Positions 19,462 to 30,191 are shown, numbered from the stretch's first letter. The stretch is DNA of 64,000 nt from Collinsella sp. (GCA_019419455.1 DXZW01000018.1:17676-81675); one strand, 5' to 3'. Translations and numbers: made by a program. The notes: a model not told the origin generated them from the letters alone.

Positions 19462-20424
19462 ATGTCCGAAACCGGTCTGCTGCCGGCATATCTGATCGTC
19501 GGTACCGACGGCGTCAAGCGCGATCACGCCGTCTCGCGTATGAAGGCGCGTCTGGAAAAGTCGGGTATGGTCGAGTTCAATCTCGACGAGCGCGACATGA
19601 CCAAGGACCCCGATATCGAGTCCATTATCGGCTCGCTTAACACCTTTCCGATGGGCAGCGAGTTTCGCTTGGTAATCCTTGATGGCTGCTCAAAGCTCGC
19701 TAAGGCGGTCTCAGAGCCGCTCGTCGAGTACCTCGCAAGTCCCAGCCCCACAACGGTCTGCCTCATCATCGCCGACTCGCTTGCCAAGAACACGCGCCTG
19801 TATAAGGCGATCGCCAAGATCGACAAGAAGGCCGTGATCGATTGCTCCGGCACCAAGCGCTGGGAGCTACCGCGCCGCGTGCAGCAGATGGCGACGCAGC
19901 ACGGCAAGTCGATCTCGACGGCGGCCGCCGAGGAGCTCGTCTCGCGTTCGGGTGAAAACACCCGCATGCTCGATAACGACTTGGCCAAGCTCGCTCAGAT
20001 GGTCGAGGCACCGCAAATTGAGCTTTCCGATGTGGAACGCTGGATCGTGCGCACGGCCGAAGTCCAGCCTTGGGACTTCCTCAACGCCGTCTCGGCTCGC
20101 GATATGCGGCGTTCGCTCGAGCTCTTTAAGATTCTGCCCTCCAAGAGCTACGTGTGGACCTACACGCTGCTATGCGGCCGCATCCGTGAGCTGATCGTCG
20201 CCAAGGCGCTCGATGGGCGTGGACAGGGGCGTGAGCTCGCCGCGACGCTCAAGCTTCAGGCCTGGCAGGTCAAGAATCACCTTACCTGGGCACGTCGTTT
20301 TTCGATGACCGAGCTCGTTGCCGCGCTCGAGGGTGCCGTCGATGTGGAGCTCGCGCTCAAGGGTTCGGCCGATTCTCAGACCGCGCTTTTGCTCTGGATT
20401 ACGAACATCTTGAGAAAATCGTGA
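19462..20424 (+). CDS. holA: DNA polymerase III delta subunit
   Basis: It has a HolA-like N-terminus (LPAYLIVGTD) and conserved comEC-holA synteny. GGGAGGGGAG precedes the ATG at 19462. Confidence 0.8.
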   Translation: MSETGLLPAYLIVGTDGVKRDHAVSRMKARLEKSGMVEFNLDERDMTKDPDIESIIGSLNTFPMGSEFRLVILDGCSKLAKAVSEPLVEYLASPSPTTVCLIIADSLAKNTRLYKAIAKIDKKAVIDCSGTKRWELPRRVQQMATQHGKSISTAAAEELVSRSGENTRMLDNDLAKLAQMVEAPQIELSDVERWIVRTAEVQPWDFLNAVSARDMRRSLELFKILPSKSYVWTYTLLCGRIRELIVAKALDGRGQGRELAATLKLQAWQVKNHLTWARRFSMTELVAALEGAVDVELALKGSADSQTALLLWITNILRKS

Positions 20425-20473
20425 TGATACCTGCCTATTTGACAAATTCGTTCTATCCCTTTGAGGGGGAGCG

Positions 20474-20482
20474 TGCTATAGT
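20474..20482 (+). promoter_or_regulatory. Candidate extended -10 promoter for rpsT (TGCTATAGT)
   Basis: TGCTATAGT lies about 76 nt upstream of the rpsT start. It is identical to the 9-mer upstream of rpmB. Confidence 0.4.
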
Positions 20483-20557
20483 AGGCGCTTGCATGACCTC
20501 ACCGTGTCTCAGAGGTGTCATACATTTTTTGCAAGGAACTCGAAAGGAACTCCAGAA

Positions 20558-20824
20558 GTGGCAAACATCAAGTCTCAGAAGAAGCGTATCCGCACCAATG
20601 AGGCAGCTCGCATGCGTAACAAGGCTGTCAAGTCCGAGCTCAAGACGCTGACCAAGCACGTCCAGTCCGCCGTCGCCGAGGGCGACGCCGAGAAGGCCCA
20701 GGCTGCCCTCAAGACCGTCACCAAGCGTCTCGACATGGCTGCCGCCAAGCATGTTATCCACAAGAACCAGGCTTCCAACCGCAAGTCCGGTCTTGCCAAG
20801 CTCGTGAACAGCATCAACGCCTAA
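20558..20824 (+). CDS. rpsT: 30S ribosomal protein S20
   Basis: (V)[22 protein letters not shown].. is the S20 signature. I chose the GTG start at 20558. Confidence 0.9.
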   Translation: MANIKSQKKRIRTNEAARMRNKAVKSELKTLTKHVQSAVAEGDAEKAQAALKTVTKRLDMAAAKHVIHKNQASNRKSGLAKLVNSINA

Positions 20825-20860
20825 GTTGTAAATTTCACACCACACAGATTACGCGCATAA

Positions 20861-20896
20861 ATGGAGCCTGTTTTATGGAACAGGCTCCATTTTTTG
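20861..20896 (+). terminator. Rho-independent terminator after rpsT
   Basis: ATGGAGCCTGTT-ttatgg-AACAGGCTCCAT followed by TTTTT; a perfect 12-bp stem. Confidence 0.85.
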
Positions 20897-20920
20897 TACC
20901 GCTCGGGTAAGATAGTCCGC

Positions 20921-22732
20921 ATGAATACTTCATTTGACATTTCCCACATCCGCAACTTCTCGATTGTTGCGCACATCGACCATGGCAAGTCCACGATCAG
21001 TGACCGCATTCTCGAGCTCACCCATACCGTCGACGAGCGCGACATGGAGTCGCAGCTGCTCGACACCATGGATATCGAGCGCGAGCGCGGCATCACGATC
21101 AAGTCCAATGCCGTTCGCGTGTCCTATGACGCCGACGATGGCGAGACGTATCAGTTCAACCTGATCGATACGCCGGGCCACGTGGACTTTACCTATGAGG
21201 TCTCGCGCTCGCTGGCAGCCTGTGAGGGCGCGGTGCTCGTTGTCGACGCCACGCAGGGCGTCGAGGCGCAGACCGTCTCCAACGCGACGCTCGCCATGAA
21301 CGCCAATCTGGACATTGTGCCGGCCATCAACAAGATCGACCTGCCCTCGGCACACCCCGACGAGGTTAAGACCGAGATCGAGGATGACCTGGCGATCCCT
21401 GCCGATGATGCCGTGTGTGTCTCGGGCAAGACCGGCGAGGGCATCCACGATCTGCTGGAGTCCATTGTCTTTTTGATCTCTCCGCCCAAGGGCGATGCGA
21501 ACGCGCCGCTCAAGGCACTTATCCTGGATTCGTACTTCGACGAGTATCGTGGCGTCGTCGCCACGGTGCGCGTCTTTGACGGCTCAATCAAAAAGGGCGA
21601 TACCCTGCGCATGATGCAGGAAAAGGGCGACTTTTTGGTCGATGGCGTGGGCGTCAAGCGTCCCGCCGAGACCCCGGTCGACGCGCTCACGGTCGGCGAG
21701 GTCGGATACGTGGTCACGGGCCTGAAGGACCCCGAGGCCGTTCGCGTGGGCGATACCCTCACGTGGGCGTCGAATCCCTGCCCCGAGCCGCTTCCTGGCT
21801 ACCGCGAGGCCAAGCCCATGGTCTATACGGGCCTGTTCCCGATCGATAACAAGGACTACGAGAACCTGCGTGACGCGCTCGATAAGCTGCACGTCAACGA
21901 CCCGTCGTTGGTGTGGGAGCCCGAGACCTCGGTGGCGCTCGGCTTTGGCTTCCGCGTGGGCTTCTTGGGCCTGCTGCATATGGAGGTCGTCAAGGAGCGC
22001 CTGGAGCGCGAGTTCAATCTTGACCTCATTGCCACGAGCCCCTCGGTGGACTATCACGTGTACAAGACCGATGGCGAGATGATCGATGTCCGCAGCCCGC
22101 AGGATCTGCCCGAGGCTACGCGCATCGAGCGCATTGAGGAACCCTACCTCAAGGCAAAGATCATCTGCCCGCCTGAGTACACGGGTGCCGTCATGCAGCT
22201 CGCCATCGAGCACCGCGGCGTTACGACCGACATGATCCACCTGACGAGCAAATCGGTCGAGATGCGCTTCGATATGCCGCTTGCCGAGCTCATCTTGGAC
22301 TTCTTTGACCAGCTCAAGAGCCGTACCAAGGGCTATGCCTCGCTCGACTACGAGTTCAACGAGTACCGTCCCTCCGAGCTCGTTAAGCTCGATATCTTGC
22401 TTTCGGGCGACGAGGTGGACGCGCTGTCGTTTATCGTCCATAAGGACAAGGCCTACGGTCTTGCCCGCGGCCTGTGCGACAAGCTCAAGGAGATTATTCC
22501 ACGCCAGCTGTTCGAGGTGCCCATCCAGGGTGCTATCGGCAACAAGATCATTGCCCGCTCCACCGTTAAGGCGCGCCGTAAGGACGTTTTGGCCAAGTGT
22601 TACGGCGGCGATATCTCGCGAAAGCGCAAGCTGCTCGAGAAGCAGAAAGAGGGCAAGAAGCGCATGAAGGCCATCGGCTCGGTTGAGGTCCCGCAGGAGG
22701 CCTTTATGGCGATCCTCAAGGTGGACGAGTAG
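20921..22732 (+). CDS. lepA: Elongation factor 4 (LepA)
   Basis: [24 protein letters not shown] are the GTPase motifs. The longer ORF start at 20861 lies inside the rpsT terminator and was rejected. Confidence 0.95.
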   Translation: MNTSFDISHIRNFSIVAHIDHGKSTISDRILELTHTVDERDMESQLLDTMDIERERGITIKSNAVRVSYDADDGETYQFNLIDTPGHVDFTYEVSRSLAACEGAVLVVDATQGVEAQTVSNATLAMNANLDIVPAINKIDLPSAHPDEVKTEIEDDLAIPADDAVCVSGKTGEGIHDLLESIVFLISPPKGDANAPLKALILDSYFDEYRGVVATVRVFDGSIKKGDTLRMMQEKGDFLVDGVGVKRPAETPVDALTVGEVGYVVTGLKDPEAVRVGDTLTWASNPCPEPLPGYREAKPMVYTGLFPIDNKDYENLRDALDKLHVNDPSLVWEPETSVALGFGFRVGFLGLLHMEVVKERLEREFNLDLIATSPSVDYHVYKTDGEMIDVRSPQDLPEATRIERIEEPYLKAKIICPPEYTGAVMQLAIEHRGVTTDMIHLTSKSVEMRFDMPLAELILDFFDQLKSRTKGYASLDYEFNEYRPSELVKLDILLSGDEVDALSFIVHKDKAYGLARGLCDKLKEIIPRQLFEVPIQGAIGNKIIARSTVKARRKDVLAKCYGGDISRKRKLLEKQKEGKKRMKAIGSVEVPQEAFMAILKVDE

Positions 22733-22736
22733 GTCT

Positions 22737-23780
22737 ATGGCGCTTTGTGAATACAGTACGCGGTTGCTGGGTGCCTATGCCGAGCAGCCGTTCCTTATGG
22801 CTCCCATGGCGGGCGTAACCGATCCCGCTTATCGCATCATGTGCCGCCGCCGCGGTGCCAATCTCGCCTATAGCGAGATGGTGAGCGTGGCGGGCCTTGC
22901 CTATGCCAGCAATAAGACGTGGCGCCTGGTACTGCCGGCCGATGAGGAGCAGCAGATCTGCGTGCAGCTCTTTGGCTCCAAGCCCGATCAGTTTGCGAGC
23001 GCTGTTGCTGCCGTCGAGGAGCGTGTGGGCGATCGCCTGTCGCTGATCGATATCAACATGGCCTGCCCGGCTCGCAAGGTCGTCACCAAGGGCGAGGGCT
23101 CGGCGCTTATGCGCACTCCCGATCTGGCCGAGCAGATCGTCGAGGCGGCGGTGGGCGCGGCGCATGTGCCCGTGACCGTAAAAATCCGTAAGGGCTTTTA
23201 CGCCGAAGACCGCAACGCCGCGACGTTTGCCCAGATGCTTGAGGGAGCAGGGGCCGCCGCGGTGGCGGTACATGGTCGCTGCGCCACGCAGCTCTATACG
23301 GGCCAGGCCGATTGGTCGGTCGTCGATGAGGTGGCCGACGTCGTCGAGATTCCCGTTATCGGTTCGGGCGATGTGTTCTCGGCAGAGGACGCTGCTGAGC
23401 ATCTGCAAAGCTCGGGTGCCAGCGCGGTGTTTATCGCGCGCGGCATCTACGGCAATCCATGGGTGTTCGGCGATGCCCGAGCCCTTGCACTCGATGGCAC
23501 GCCGGTTCCTTCTCGCTCCTCGGTTGAGCGCCTGGATGCCCTGCGCGAGCACCTGACGCTCACGCACGAGCTGTTGCCGCTCATGTCGCGTGCCCGCACG
23601 TACGCAAGCTGGTATCTAAAGGGCATGCCCCATGCTGCCGCCTGGCGCGCTCAGGTGGTGCGTTGCTCCACATACGAGGAGTTCATGGCACTGGTCGATG
23701 ATATCGAGCACGATGTGGTGGCCTGTGAGGCCGCACTTGCCGCCGGCGAGTCGGTGCCCGCTCATCCGTTGGAGGCCTAA
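22737..23780 (+). CDS. dus: tRNA-dihydrouridine synthase
   Basis: The N-terminus LMAPMAGVTDPAYRIMCRR and the TIM-barrel FMN motifs fit Dus. I chose the ATG at 22737. Confidence 0.85.
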   Translation: MALCEYSTRLLGAYAEQPFLMAPMAGVTDPAYRIMCRRRGANLAYSEMVSVAGLAYASNKTWRLVLPADEEQQICVQLFGSKPDQFASAVAAVEERVGDRLSLIDINMACPARKVVTKGEGSALMRTPDLAEQIVEAAVGAAHVPVTVKIRKGFYAEDRNAATFAQMLEGAGAAAVAVHGRCATQLYTGQADWSVVDEVADVVEIPVIGSGDVFSAEDAAEHLQSSGASAVFIARGIYGNPWVFGDARALALDGTPVPSRSSVERLDALREHLTLTHELLPLMSRARTYASWYLKGMPHAAAWRAQVVRCSTYEEFMALVDDIEHDVVACEAALAAGESVPAHPLEA

Positions 23781-23782
23781 CG

Positions 23783-25015
23783 GTGGCCGTTACCGCGCTG
23801 TACGTGCATGTGCCGTTTTGCGCCCAAAAATGCCGGTACTGTGACTTTGACTCACGCAGTTTTGCTCCGTGCAACATGAGCGTTGCGCTCGATACCTATT
23901 TTGAGCAGTTGTATGCGCGCCTCGATGCTTTTGGCGACGCAGGCGCGCTTGCACAGATCCGCACCGTCTATGTTGGCGGCGGCACGCCGTCGCTGGCGGG
24001 GGAGCGTTTGGTAGAATTTGCCCGGCGTATCTCTGCGTGGTGCAAGCCTGTTGAGTTTACCTGCGAGGCCAATCCCGAATCGCTGACCGCAGAGCTTGCC
24101 ACTGCGCTTGCCGGGGTGGGTGTCACGCGCGTCTCTCTGGGCGTGCAAACGCTCGATAACGCCGAACTTACCGCCATCGGCCGCATTCACGATGCCGATC
24201 GGGCGCTCGCTGCCATCACGACGGTCAAGGACGCTGGGCTTGTCGTGTCGTGCGACCTGATGTGCGGCCTTCCCGGGCAGACCGACCTAAGCTGGCAGCG
24301 CACACTCGATGGCGTGTTGGCGGCGGCGCCGCATCATGTGTCGGTGTACCCGCTCACGCTCGAGGAGGGCACGCCGCTCTATCGCATGGCGTGTCGCGAC
24401 GAGTCGCTCGAGCCCGACGAGGATTTTCAGGCTGCATGCATGGATGCGGCGCGTGAGCGCCTGAGTGCGGCCGGCTATCACCCGTATGAGGTGGCAAGCT
24501 ACGCGCTCGACGGCCATGAGTGCGCCCACAACATTGCCTATTGGACCGGACAGGGCTATCTGGGTTTGGGCCGCTCTGCCGCCGGTATGCTCGACGCCGA
24601 GGATTTCGATCGCTTGGCCGGGCTGTTTCCCGACGTGCTTGCTCGCGGCGATGCGTATCGCGTGCGCTTGGTGCAACGCGACGATGCCGCGACGACGTTT
24701 GATGCCGAGTATCTGTCGCAGCGCGAGGCGGCGGCCGAGGATTTGATGCTTGCCTGTCGCATGACGCGTGGCATTGGGCCCGATCTGTTGGTTCGCTCGG
24801 CAAGCGTGATCGCTGCAGATGAGTTGGCGGCGGCCTGCGACCGTGCGGTCGAGTTGGGCCTTGCCACCTGGGTGCCCGATCATATTGAAGGACATGCGGG
24901 GCGCGTCACCTCGAAAGACGTTATCGCAGGTCGCGTCCGTGCTCGTTTAGCGCCCACTCACTTGGGCTGGCTCGATGGAAATGTGCTGTTCGAGCTGTTT
25001 TGGGGTCTAGCCTAG
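23783..25015 (+). CDS. hemW: Radical SAM heme chaperone HemW (HemN-like)
   Basis: It has the CxxxCxxC motif (CAQKCRYCDF) and the conserved lepA..hemW synteny of Gram-positives. Confidence 0.85.
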   Translation: MAVTALYVHVPFCAQKCRYCDFDSRSFAPCNMSVALDTYFEQLYARLDAFGDAGALAQIRTVYVGGGTPSLAGERLVEFARRISAWCKPVEFTCEANPESLTAELATALAGVGVTRVSLGVQTLDNAELTAIGRIHDADRALAAITTVKDAGLVVSCDLMCGLPGQTDLSWQRTLDGVLAAAPHHVSVYPLTLEEGTPLYRMACRDESLEPDEDFQAACMDAARERLSAAGYHPYEVASYALDGHECAHNIAYWTGQGYLGLGRSAAGMLDAEDFDRLAGLFPDVLARGDAYRVRLVQRDDAATTFDAEYLSQREAAAEDLMLACRMTRGIGPDLLVRSASVIAADELAAACDRAVELGLATWVPDHIEGHAGRVTSKDVIAGRVRARLAPTHLGWLDGNVLFELFWGLA

Positions 25016-25073
25016 GCCGCTCGGGTAGAATTACCGCAATATATACGCTGCTGTGAGCAGGAGGTTGCCGCGC

Positions 25074-26177
25074 ATGGCGACGATGAACGAAAAAGATTAC
25101 TACGAGATTTTGGGTGTCTCCAAGGACGCCACCTCGCGTGATATACAGAAAGCCTTCCAGCAAAAGGCCCGCAAGCTCCATCCGGACGTCAACAAAGAAC
25201 CGGATGCCGAGGAAAAGTTCAAAGAGGTTTCCGAGGCCTATGCTGTGCTTTCGGACGAGCAGAAGCGTGCGCGCTACGACGCCATGCGCTCGGGCAATCC
25301 CTTTGCCGGCGCTCCCACGGCTTCGCCCTATGGCGGCGGTTACGCCGGCAGCGCGGGCTACGGCAATCCCTTTGAGGGCGGCTTTCCCTTTGGTGGCGCC
25401 TGGGGTCAGCCGCGTCGCGGGCAGGCTGCCTATAATCCCGAGAACGGCGCTAACGTGGTCGTCGATATTAAGCTCGACGCCAAGGAGGCCAAGGGCGGTG
25501 CCCGCAAGACCGTCCGCTATACGCGCTTCGATACCTGTGGTCACTGCGGCGGTTCGGGCTCTGTTTCGTCCGAGCATGCACATACCTGTCCGAGCTGCGG
25601 CGGTCGCGGCCACATCGATGTCGACCTGTCCTTTCTGTTTGGTGCCGGCACGTTCCAGTCTGTCTGCCCTGAGTGCGGTGGCTCCGGTAAGGTCGTCGCC
25701 GACCCCTGTCCCGATTGCGGCGGCAGCGGGCGAACCCGTGTGACCTCCGAGCAGACGATTGAGTTTCCCGCCGGCACGCACGATGGCGACGAGGTCCGTA
25801 TTGGCGGCATGGGTCACGCCGGCACCAACGGCGCCTCTGGCGGTGATCTGGTCGGTCGGGCCCATGTTGAGGCCGAGCGCCTGGAAGGCAAGGCCCGTAC
25901 CGGTTTTTACCTGATGGGCATCGTGGCGCCGTTTTTGGTGCTATCGGCCATCTCGGGCGTGTTCTCGGCCTTTGCCGTGATGTGCTTTATTCCGTTTGCC
26001 ATGGGCCTGTTCATGGTGCTCTCGGACGGCGTGCTGCACCGCAGCCTGCTGTGGTGGAAGCGCGGCGCGATGCAGTTTGCCAACGGTTTTGCCAACGGAT
26101 TTATGTTTGCGCTCGTGTCGGTTTGGTTTGCGAGCTGCTCGCAACGTGCCATGCTTTCGCCCTACGCAATGCAATAA
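25074..26177 (+). CDS. Membrane-anchored DnaJ-like protein (J domain, 4x CxxCxGxG zinc finger, hydrophobic C-terminus)
   Basis: J domain: [11 protein letters not shown]. Zinc-finger repeats: [32 protein letters not shown]. The last ~100 aa look like 3-4 TM helices in place of the DnaJ C-terminal domains. Confidence 0.7.
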   Translation: MATMNEKDYYEILGVSKDATSRDIQKAFQQKARKLHPDVNKEPDAEEKFKEVSEAYAVLSDEQKRARYDAMRSGNPFAGAPTASPYGGGYAGSAGYGNPFEGGFPFGGAWGQPRRGQAAYNPENGANVVVDIKLDAKEAKGGARKTVRYTRFDTCGHCGGSGSVSSEHAHTCPSCGGRGHIDVDLSFLFGAGTFQSVCPECGGSGKVVADPCPDCGGSGRTRVTSEQTIEFPAGTHDGDEVRIGGMGHAGTNGASGGDLVGRAHVEAERLEGKARTGFYLMGIVAPFLVLSAISGVFSAFAVMCFIPFAMGLFMVLSDGVLHRSLLWWKRGAMQFANGFANGFMFALVSVWFASCSQRAMLSPYAMQ

Positions 26178-26258
26178 CATCAAACCCTCTGTTTGCGGCC
26201 GGCCCAGCTTGGGTATAGGACGCACTGTGACAATAATGAAAGTCGGAAGGATTCGGTC

Positions 26259-27407
26259 GTGTCGGAAAATAGGGATTACTACGAGGTGCTTGGCGTCGAC
26301 AAGGATGCCGACGCGCGGACGATCAAGCGCGCGTTTCTAAAGAAAGCCCGTACGGTACACCCGGATGTTTCGGACGACCCCGAGGCCGAGGCCAAGTTCA
26401 AGGAGCTTAACGAGGCCTATTCTGTCCTTTCCGATGAGCAGAAGCGTGCTAACTACGACCGTTACGGCACCGCGGACGGCCCCGGTGGCTCTGGTTATGT
26501 CGACATCAACGATATCTTTGGTGGCATGGGCATGGACGACCTGTTCTCGTCGTTTTTTGGCGGCGGTGCCGGTGGTGGCGCCCGCAGCCGTCGTGAGCGT
26601 CGTCGCGGACGTGACATGGCCATCTCGCTTTCGGTGACGCTCGAGGAGGCGGCGCTCGGCTGCAAAAAGACGATCAGCTATGATCGCCTTGCTCCCTGTG
26701 AGGACTGCAACGGTACCGGTAGGGCCGAGGGTGCACAGGAAAAGCAATGCAGTCGCTGCCACGGTACGGGCTACGTCACGACGGTTCAGCGATCGTTTTT
26801 GGGCCAGGTTCAGTCTTCCTCGCCTTGCCCCGACTGCCATGGCGAGGGCACGGTTATCGACCATCCCTGCGAGACCTGCGACGGTCAGGGCCGCACGCCT
26901 TCGCACGAAAAGATCGACATCGATATTCCCGCCGGCGTTTCGACCGGTCGCCAGCTGCGTGTGAGCGGCTTTGGCGAGGCCGGCCTTCGCGGCGAGCCTT
27001 CGGGCGACCTGATTGTCAACGTGCGCGTTGCCGACCATGAGCGCTTTAAGCGCAACAGTGACGACCTGTACCTGGTGAGCGATATCTCGATTGCGCAGGC
27101 TGCGCTCGGCTGCGAGATCGAGGTCGAGGGCATTATGCCCGACGAGGTCGTTAAGGTGACGGTTCCCGCCGGCGCCCAGTACGGCGACACCGTGAGCGTC
27201 AATAATTACGGCATGCCGCGCATTGGCGGTGGCGGTTCGCGTGGCCGCCTGATCGTGCAACTGCGCGTGGTCGTTCCCACCAATCTTTCCAATAAGCAAC
27301 GCGAGCTGCTCCGTGCTTTTGCCGATGAGATGGGCGATGACGTCGCTTCCGGTAAGAAGTCGGTGACCGACCGTATCAAGAGTGCCCTCGACGATATCCT
27401 CGATTAA
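26259..27407 (+). CDS. dnaJ: Molecular chaperone DnaJ
   Basis: It has the full type I architecture: J domain (HPD), G/F region, 4 CxxCxGxG repeats and the C-terminal domains. GTG at 26259 lies 8 nt after GGAAGG. Confidence 0.9.
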   Translation: MSENRDYYEVLGVDKDADARTIKRAFLKKARTVHPDVSDDPEAEAKFKELNEAYSVLSDEQKRANYDRYGTADGPGGSGYVDINDIFGGMGMDDLFSSFFGGGAGGGARSRRERRRGRDMAISLSVTLEEAALGCKKTISYDRLAPCEDCNGTGRAEGAQEKQCSRCHGTGYVTTVQRSFLGQVQSSSPCPDCHGEGTVIDHPCETCDGQGRTPSHEKIDIDIPAGVSTGRQLRVSGFGEAGLRGEPSGDLIVNVRVADHERFKRNSDDLYLVSDISIAQAALGCEIEVEGIMPDEVVKVTVPAGAQYGDTVSVNNYGMPRIGGGGSRGRLIVQLRVVVPTNLSNKQRELLRAFADEMGDDVASGKKSVTDRIKSALDDILD

Positions 27408-27416
27408 GGAGCCCGC

Positions 27417-28709
27417 GTGCTCGCACCCCATATTTCCGTCGTCAACCTCGGCTGCCGTGTCAACCGGGTTGAGTCTGACCGTATCACTGCCGATCTTATG
27501 CGCCTGGGCTTTGCTATGGTGGAGCCCCAGGATGCCGATCTGATCGTCATTAACACCTGTGCCGTTACGGGCGAGGCCGAGGCCAAGACACGTAAGGCCG
27601 TCCGTCATGCGCTGGCCCATCCAAACGAGCCTTATGTGCTCGTGACCGGTTGCGTGGTCAATTTGCATCCCGAGGAGCTGTTGGAGCTTTCGGATCGCGT
27701 GATCGCCGAGCCGTCCAAGATCGATGTCGCCGAACGTGTCTGCGAGGTGCTGGGCGTTGAGTCCGATAGCGTTCCCGCCTGCAGCGATGGCGAGGTGGTC
27801 GATGCGCTCGGTCGCTCTCGCCTGGGCGTGAAGATCCAGGACGGCTGCAACCATCGCTGCACCTATTGCATTGTGTGGAAGGCGCGCGGCCCCGAGCGCT
27901 CCGTGCCCGTCGAGTCCGTGCTTGAACAAGTTCGCGAGGCCCAGGAGGCCGGCGTGCCCGAGGTGGTGCTGACCGGTGTGAACCTGGGTGCCTACGATGG
28001 CAAGAGCGCGACCGACGAGCATGTCGAAATCGATGAGCTGCTCGAGGCCATCATGGAGCGCACGACTATTGCGCATGTGCGCATTTCCTCGGTCGAGCCC
28101 ATGGATATCTCTGAGCGCCTGCTTAAGGTTATGGCGCGCTATCCGCAGCGTATCGCCCCGTTTTTGCACCTGCCCGTGCAGTCCGGCTGTACGGCGACCC
28201 TGCATCGCATGGGTCGTCCCTATAGTGCGGAGGCCTTTGAGGACACGGTGCGTATGATTCGCGCCAACTTGCCCCAGGCGTCTCTTTCGTGCGATGTCAT
28301 CGTCGGTTTTCCTGGTGAGACGGACGAGGAGTTCGAGGAGTCGCTGGCGCTGTGCCGCCGTGTGGGTTTCTCGCGTATGCACGTGTTCCGCTACAGCAAG
28401 CGTCCCGGTACCCTTGCTGCCGACATGCCCGACCAGGTGCCGCCCGAGGTTATGGCCGAGCGCAGCCGTCGTATGCGAGACACGGCGCAGGAGCTCGCTA
28501 TTGCCGATGCTCGTCGTCGCGTGGGCACGGTCGAGCGTGCCGTGCTCGAGTATGGTGACAACCTGACGCTCGGTTCGTTCCATCATGCCCGTCTTGACGA
28601 TACCTGTGGACTTACAGCCCCGTGCCTGCTCGATGTTGCTATCATCGGAGTCGATGATTCCGGCTTGGTCCATGCGCGCAGGGAGGTCCATGGAAGCCTC
28701 GAAGATTAG
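27417..28709 (+). CDS. mtaB: MiaB-like tRNA methylthiotransferase (MtaB type)
   Basis: It has a UPF0004 N-terminal domain (NLGCRVN), a radical SAM motif (CNHRCTYC) and a TRAM-like C-terminus. Confidence 0.8.
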   Translation: MLAPHISVVNLGCRVNRVESDRITADLMRLGFAMVEPQDADLIVINTCAVTGEAEAKTRKAVRHALAHPNEPYVLVTGCVVNLHPEELLELSDRVIAEPSKIDVAERVCEVLGVESDSVPACSDGEVVDALGRSRLGVKIQDGCNHRCTYCIVWKARGPERSVPVESVLEQVREAQEAGVPEVVLTGVNLGAYDGKSATDEHVEIDELLEAIMERTTIAHVRISSVEPMDISERLLKVMARYPQRIAPFLHLPVQSGCTATLHRMGRPYSAEAFEDTVRMIRANLPQASLSCDVIVGFPGETDEEFEESLALCRRVGFSRMHVFRYSKRPGTLAADMPDQVPPEVMAERSRRMRDTAQELAIADARRRVGTVERAVLEYGDNLTLGSFHHARLDDTCGLTAPCLLDVAIIGVDDSGLVHARREVHGSLED

Positions 28710-29676
28710 ACTTACCGTTCCCGAGGGAATTGATCCCTCGCGCGTTTTGGGCGCCGGCGACGGCGTCCTTCGCGAGGTCGAAGACTTGGTTCGCGCCCAT
28801 GTGGTTGCGCGCGGTGACCAGATTGCCGTGAGCGGCGACCCGGACGAGGTAGAACTCGTGGCGCGTTTTTTCGAACACGCTTTTCGTGAGGCGGCTGCCG
28901 GTCGCGCGCTGTCTGCCGACGACGTCTCGCGTTGCTTGGCTGTCCTGCGCGATGGCGAGCACGACGCTTCGTCGCTGCGCGATGACGTGCTGCTGTCGTA
29001 TCGCGGCCGCGTCATTCGTCCCAAGACGCTCGGCCAGAAGCGCTATGTTGACGCCATCCGCTCGCATACCATCACGTTTGGCCTGGGTCCCGCCGGTGCC
29101 GGTAAGACCTATCTAGCCATGGCCCTCGCCGTCGCCGCGCTCAAGCGCCACGAGGTGGGTCGTCTGGTGCTTACGCGGCCCGTTGTCGAGGCGGGGGAGA
29201 ATTTGGGCTTTTTGCCCGGCACCCTCGAGGAAAAGATCGACCCTTACATGCGTCCGCTCTACGATGCCTTGTTTGACATGATGGACCGTGAACGCACCGA
29301 TGAGCTCATGGAGCGTGGCGTGATCGAGATTGCCCCGCTTGCCTACATGCGCGGCCGAACGCTGAGCGACGCCTTCGTGGTACTCGACGAGGCACAAAAC
29401 ACCACGCCTGAGCAGATGAAGATGTTCCTGACGCGCTTGGGTTTTAACTCCAAGTTCGTGATTGCCGGCGACCTGAGCCAGCGTGACCTGGTGGGTCGTC
29501 GCGGCGGTCTTGCCGATGTCGAAAGAATTTTGGGTCGCGTCGACGATGTGGCGTTTTCTCACCTCGAGCGTGCCGACGTGGTGCGCCATGCCCTGGTTGG
29601 CCGTATCGTTGAGGCCTATGATGCATACGACGATGCGCGTGAGCAGCGCGCACACGATCGAAAGGAGTCCCGTTGA
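28690..29676 (+). CDS. phoH: PhoH-like ATPase
   Basis: Walker A motif GPAGAGKTYLA and the conserved phoH-ybeY synteny. GGGAGG precedes the ATG at 28690. Confidence 0.9.
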   Translation: MEASKIRLTVPEGIDPSRVLGAGDGVLREVEDLVRAHVVARGDQIAVSGDPDEVELVARFFEHAFREAAAGRALSADDVSRCLAVLRDGEHDASSLRDDVLLSYRGRVIRPKTLGQKRYVDAIRSHTITFGLGPAGAGKTYLAMALAVAALKRHEVGRLVLTRPVVEAGENLGFLPGTLEEKIDPYMRPLYDALFDMMDRERTDELMERGVIEIAPLAYMRGRTLSDAFVVLDEAQNTTPEQMKMFLTRLGFNSKFVIAGDLSQRDLVGRRGGLADVERILGRVDDVAFSHLERADVVRHALVGRIVEAYDAYDDAREQRAHDRKESR

Positions 29677-30182
29677 GTGTATTGATCAGCAACGATGCCG
29701 AGCTCGATACGCTGCTCGATGCCCAGGAGGTGGAGCACATCTGCGGAGTTGTGCTTGCCGCCGAGGGTGTTGAGCGTGAGGTCGAGATTTCCCTTTCGTA
29801 TGTCGATGAGGACGAGATGCACGAGCTCAACCTTGAGTGGCGCGGCATCGACCGCACGACCGACGTGCTCTCGTTTGAATGCGACTCGGCCTTTGACGAG
29901 GACATTCCCACCGACGAGACGCTCGAGCTCGGCGATATTATCCTTGCGCCGCAGGTTATTGCCCGCCAGGCCCCCGGCTTTGGCAACAGCCCCGCCGATG
30001 AGTGCCGACTGATGCTCGTGCACGGAATGCTGCACCTGCTGGGTTACGACCACATTGAGGACGATGAGGCCGAGGTCATGGAGGCACGCGAGGATGCCAT
30101 CCTGCGCGACTTGGCGCTTGAGCGCGGCGAGGACCCCAAGCTGGTCCACGTCGGCCCCATAACCAATCATGCCCACGACTAG
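29673..30182 (+). CDS. ybeY: rRNA maturation endoribonuclease YbeY
   Basis: It carries the HGMLHLLGYDH zinc motif. Confidence 0.9.
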   Translation: MSVLISNDAELDTLLDAQEVEHICGVVLAAEGVEREVEISLSYVDEDEMHELNLEWRGIDRTTDVLSFECDSAFDEDIPTDETLELGDIILAPQVIARQAPGFGNSPADECRLMLVHGMLHLLGYDHIEDDEAEVMEAREDAILRDLALERGEDPKLVHVGPITNHAHD

Positions 30183-30191
30183 GAGCCGTCT

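Noticed and set aside
26337-29024. 895-aa minus-strand ORF spanning dnaJ, mtaB and phoH. Similar long antisense ORFs occur at 911-2320, 14540-16021, 30240-32066, 32933-35416, 35883-37739, 38902-40329, 41828-43855 and 47174-48982.
   Set aside because: All lie opposite well-supported conserved genes, cross gene boundaries, and have R/G/A/H/L-rich compositions without motifs. They are high-GC codon-bias artefacts.
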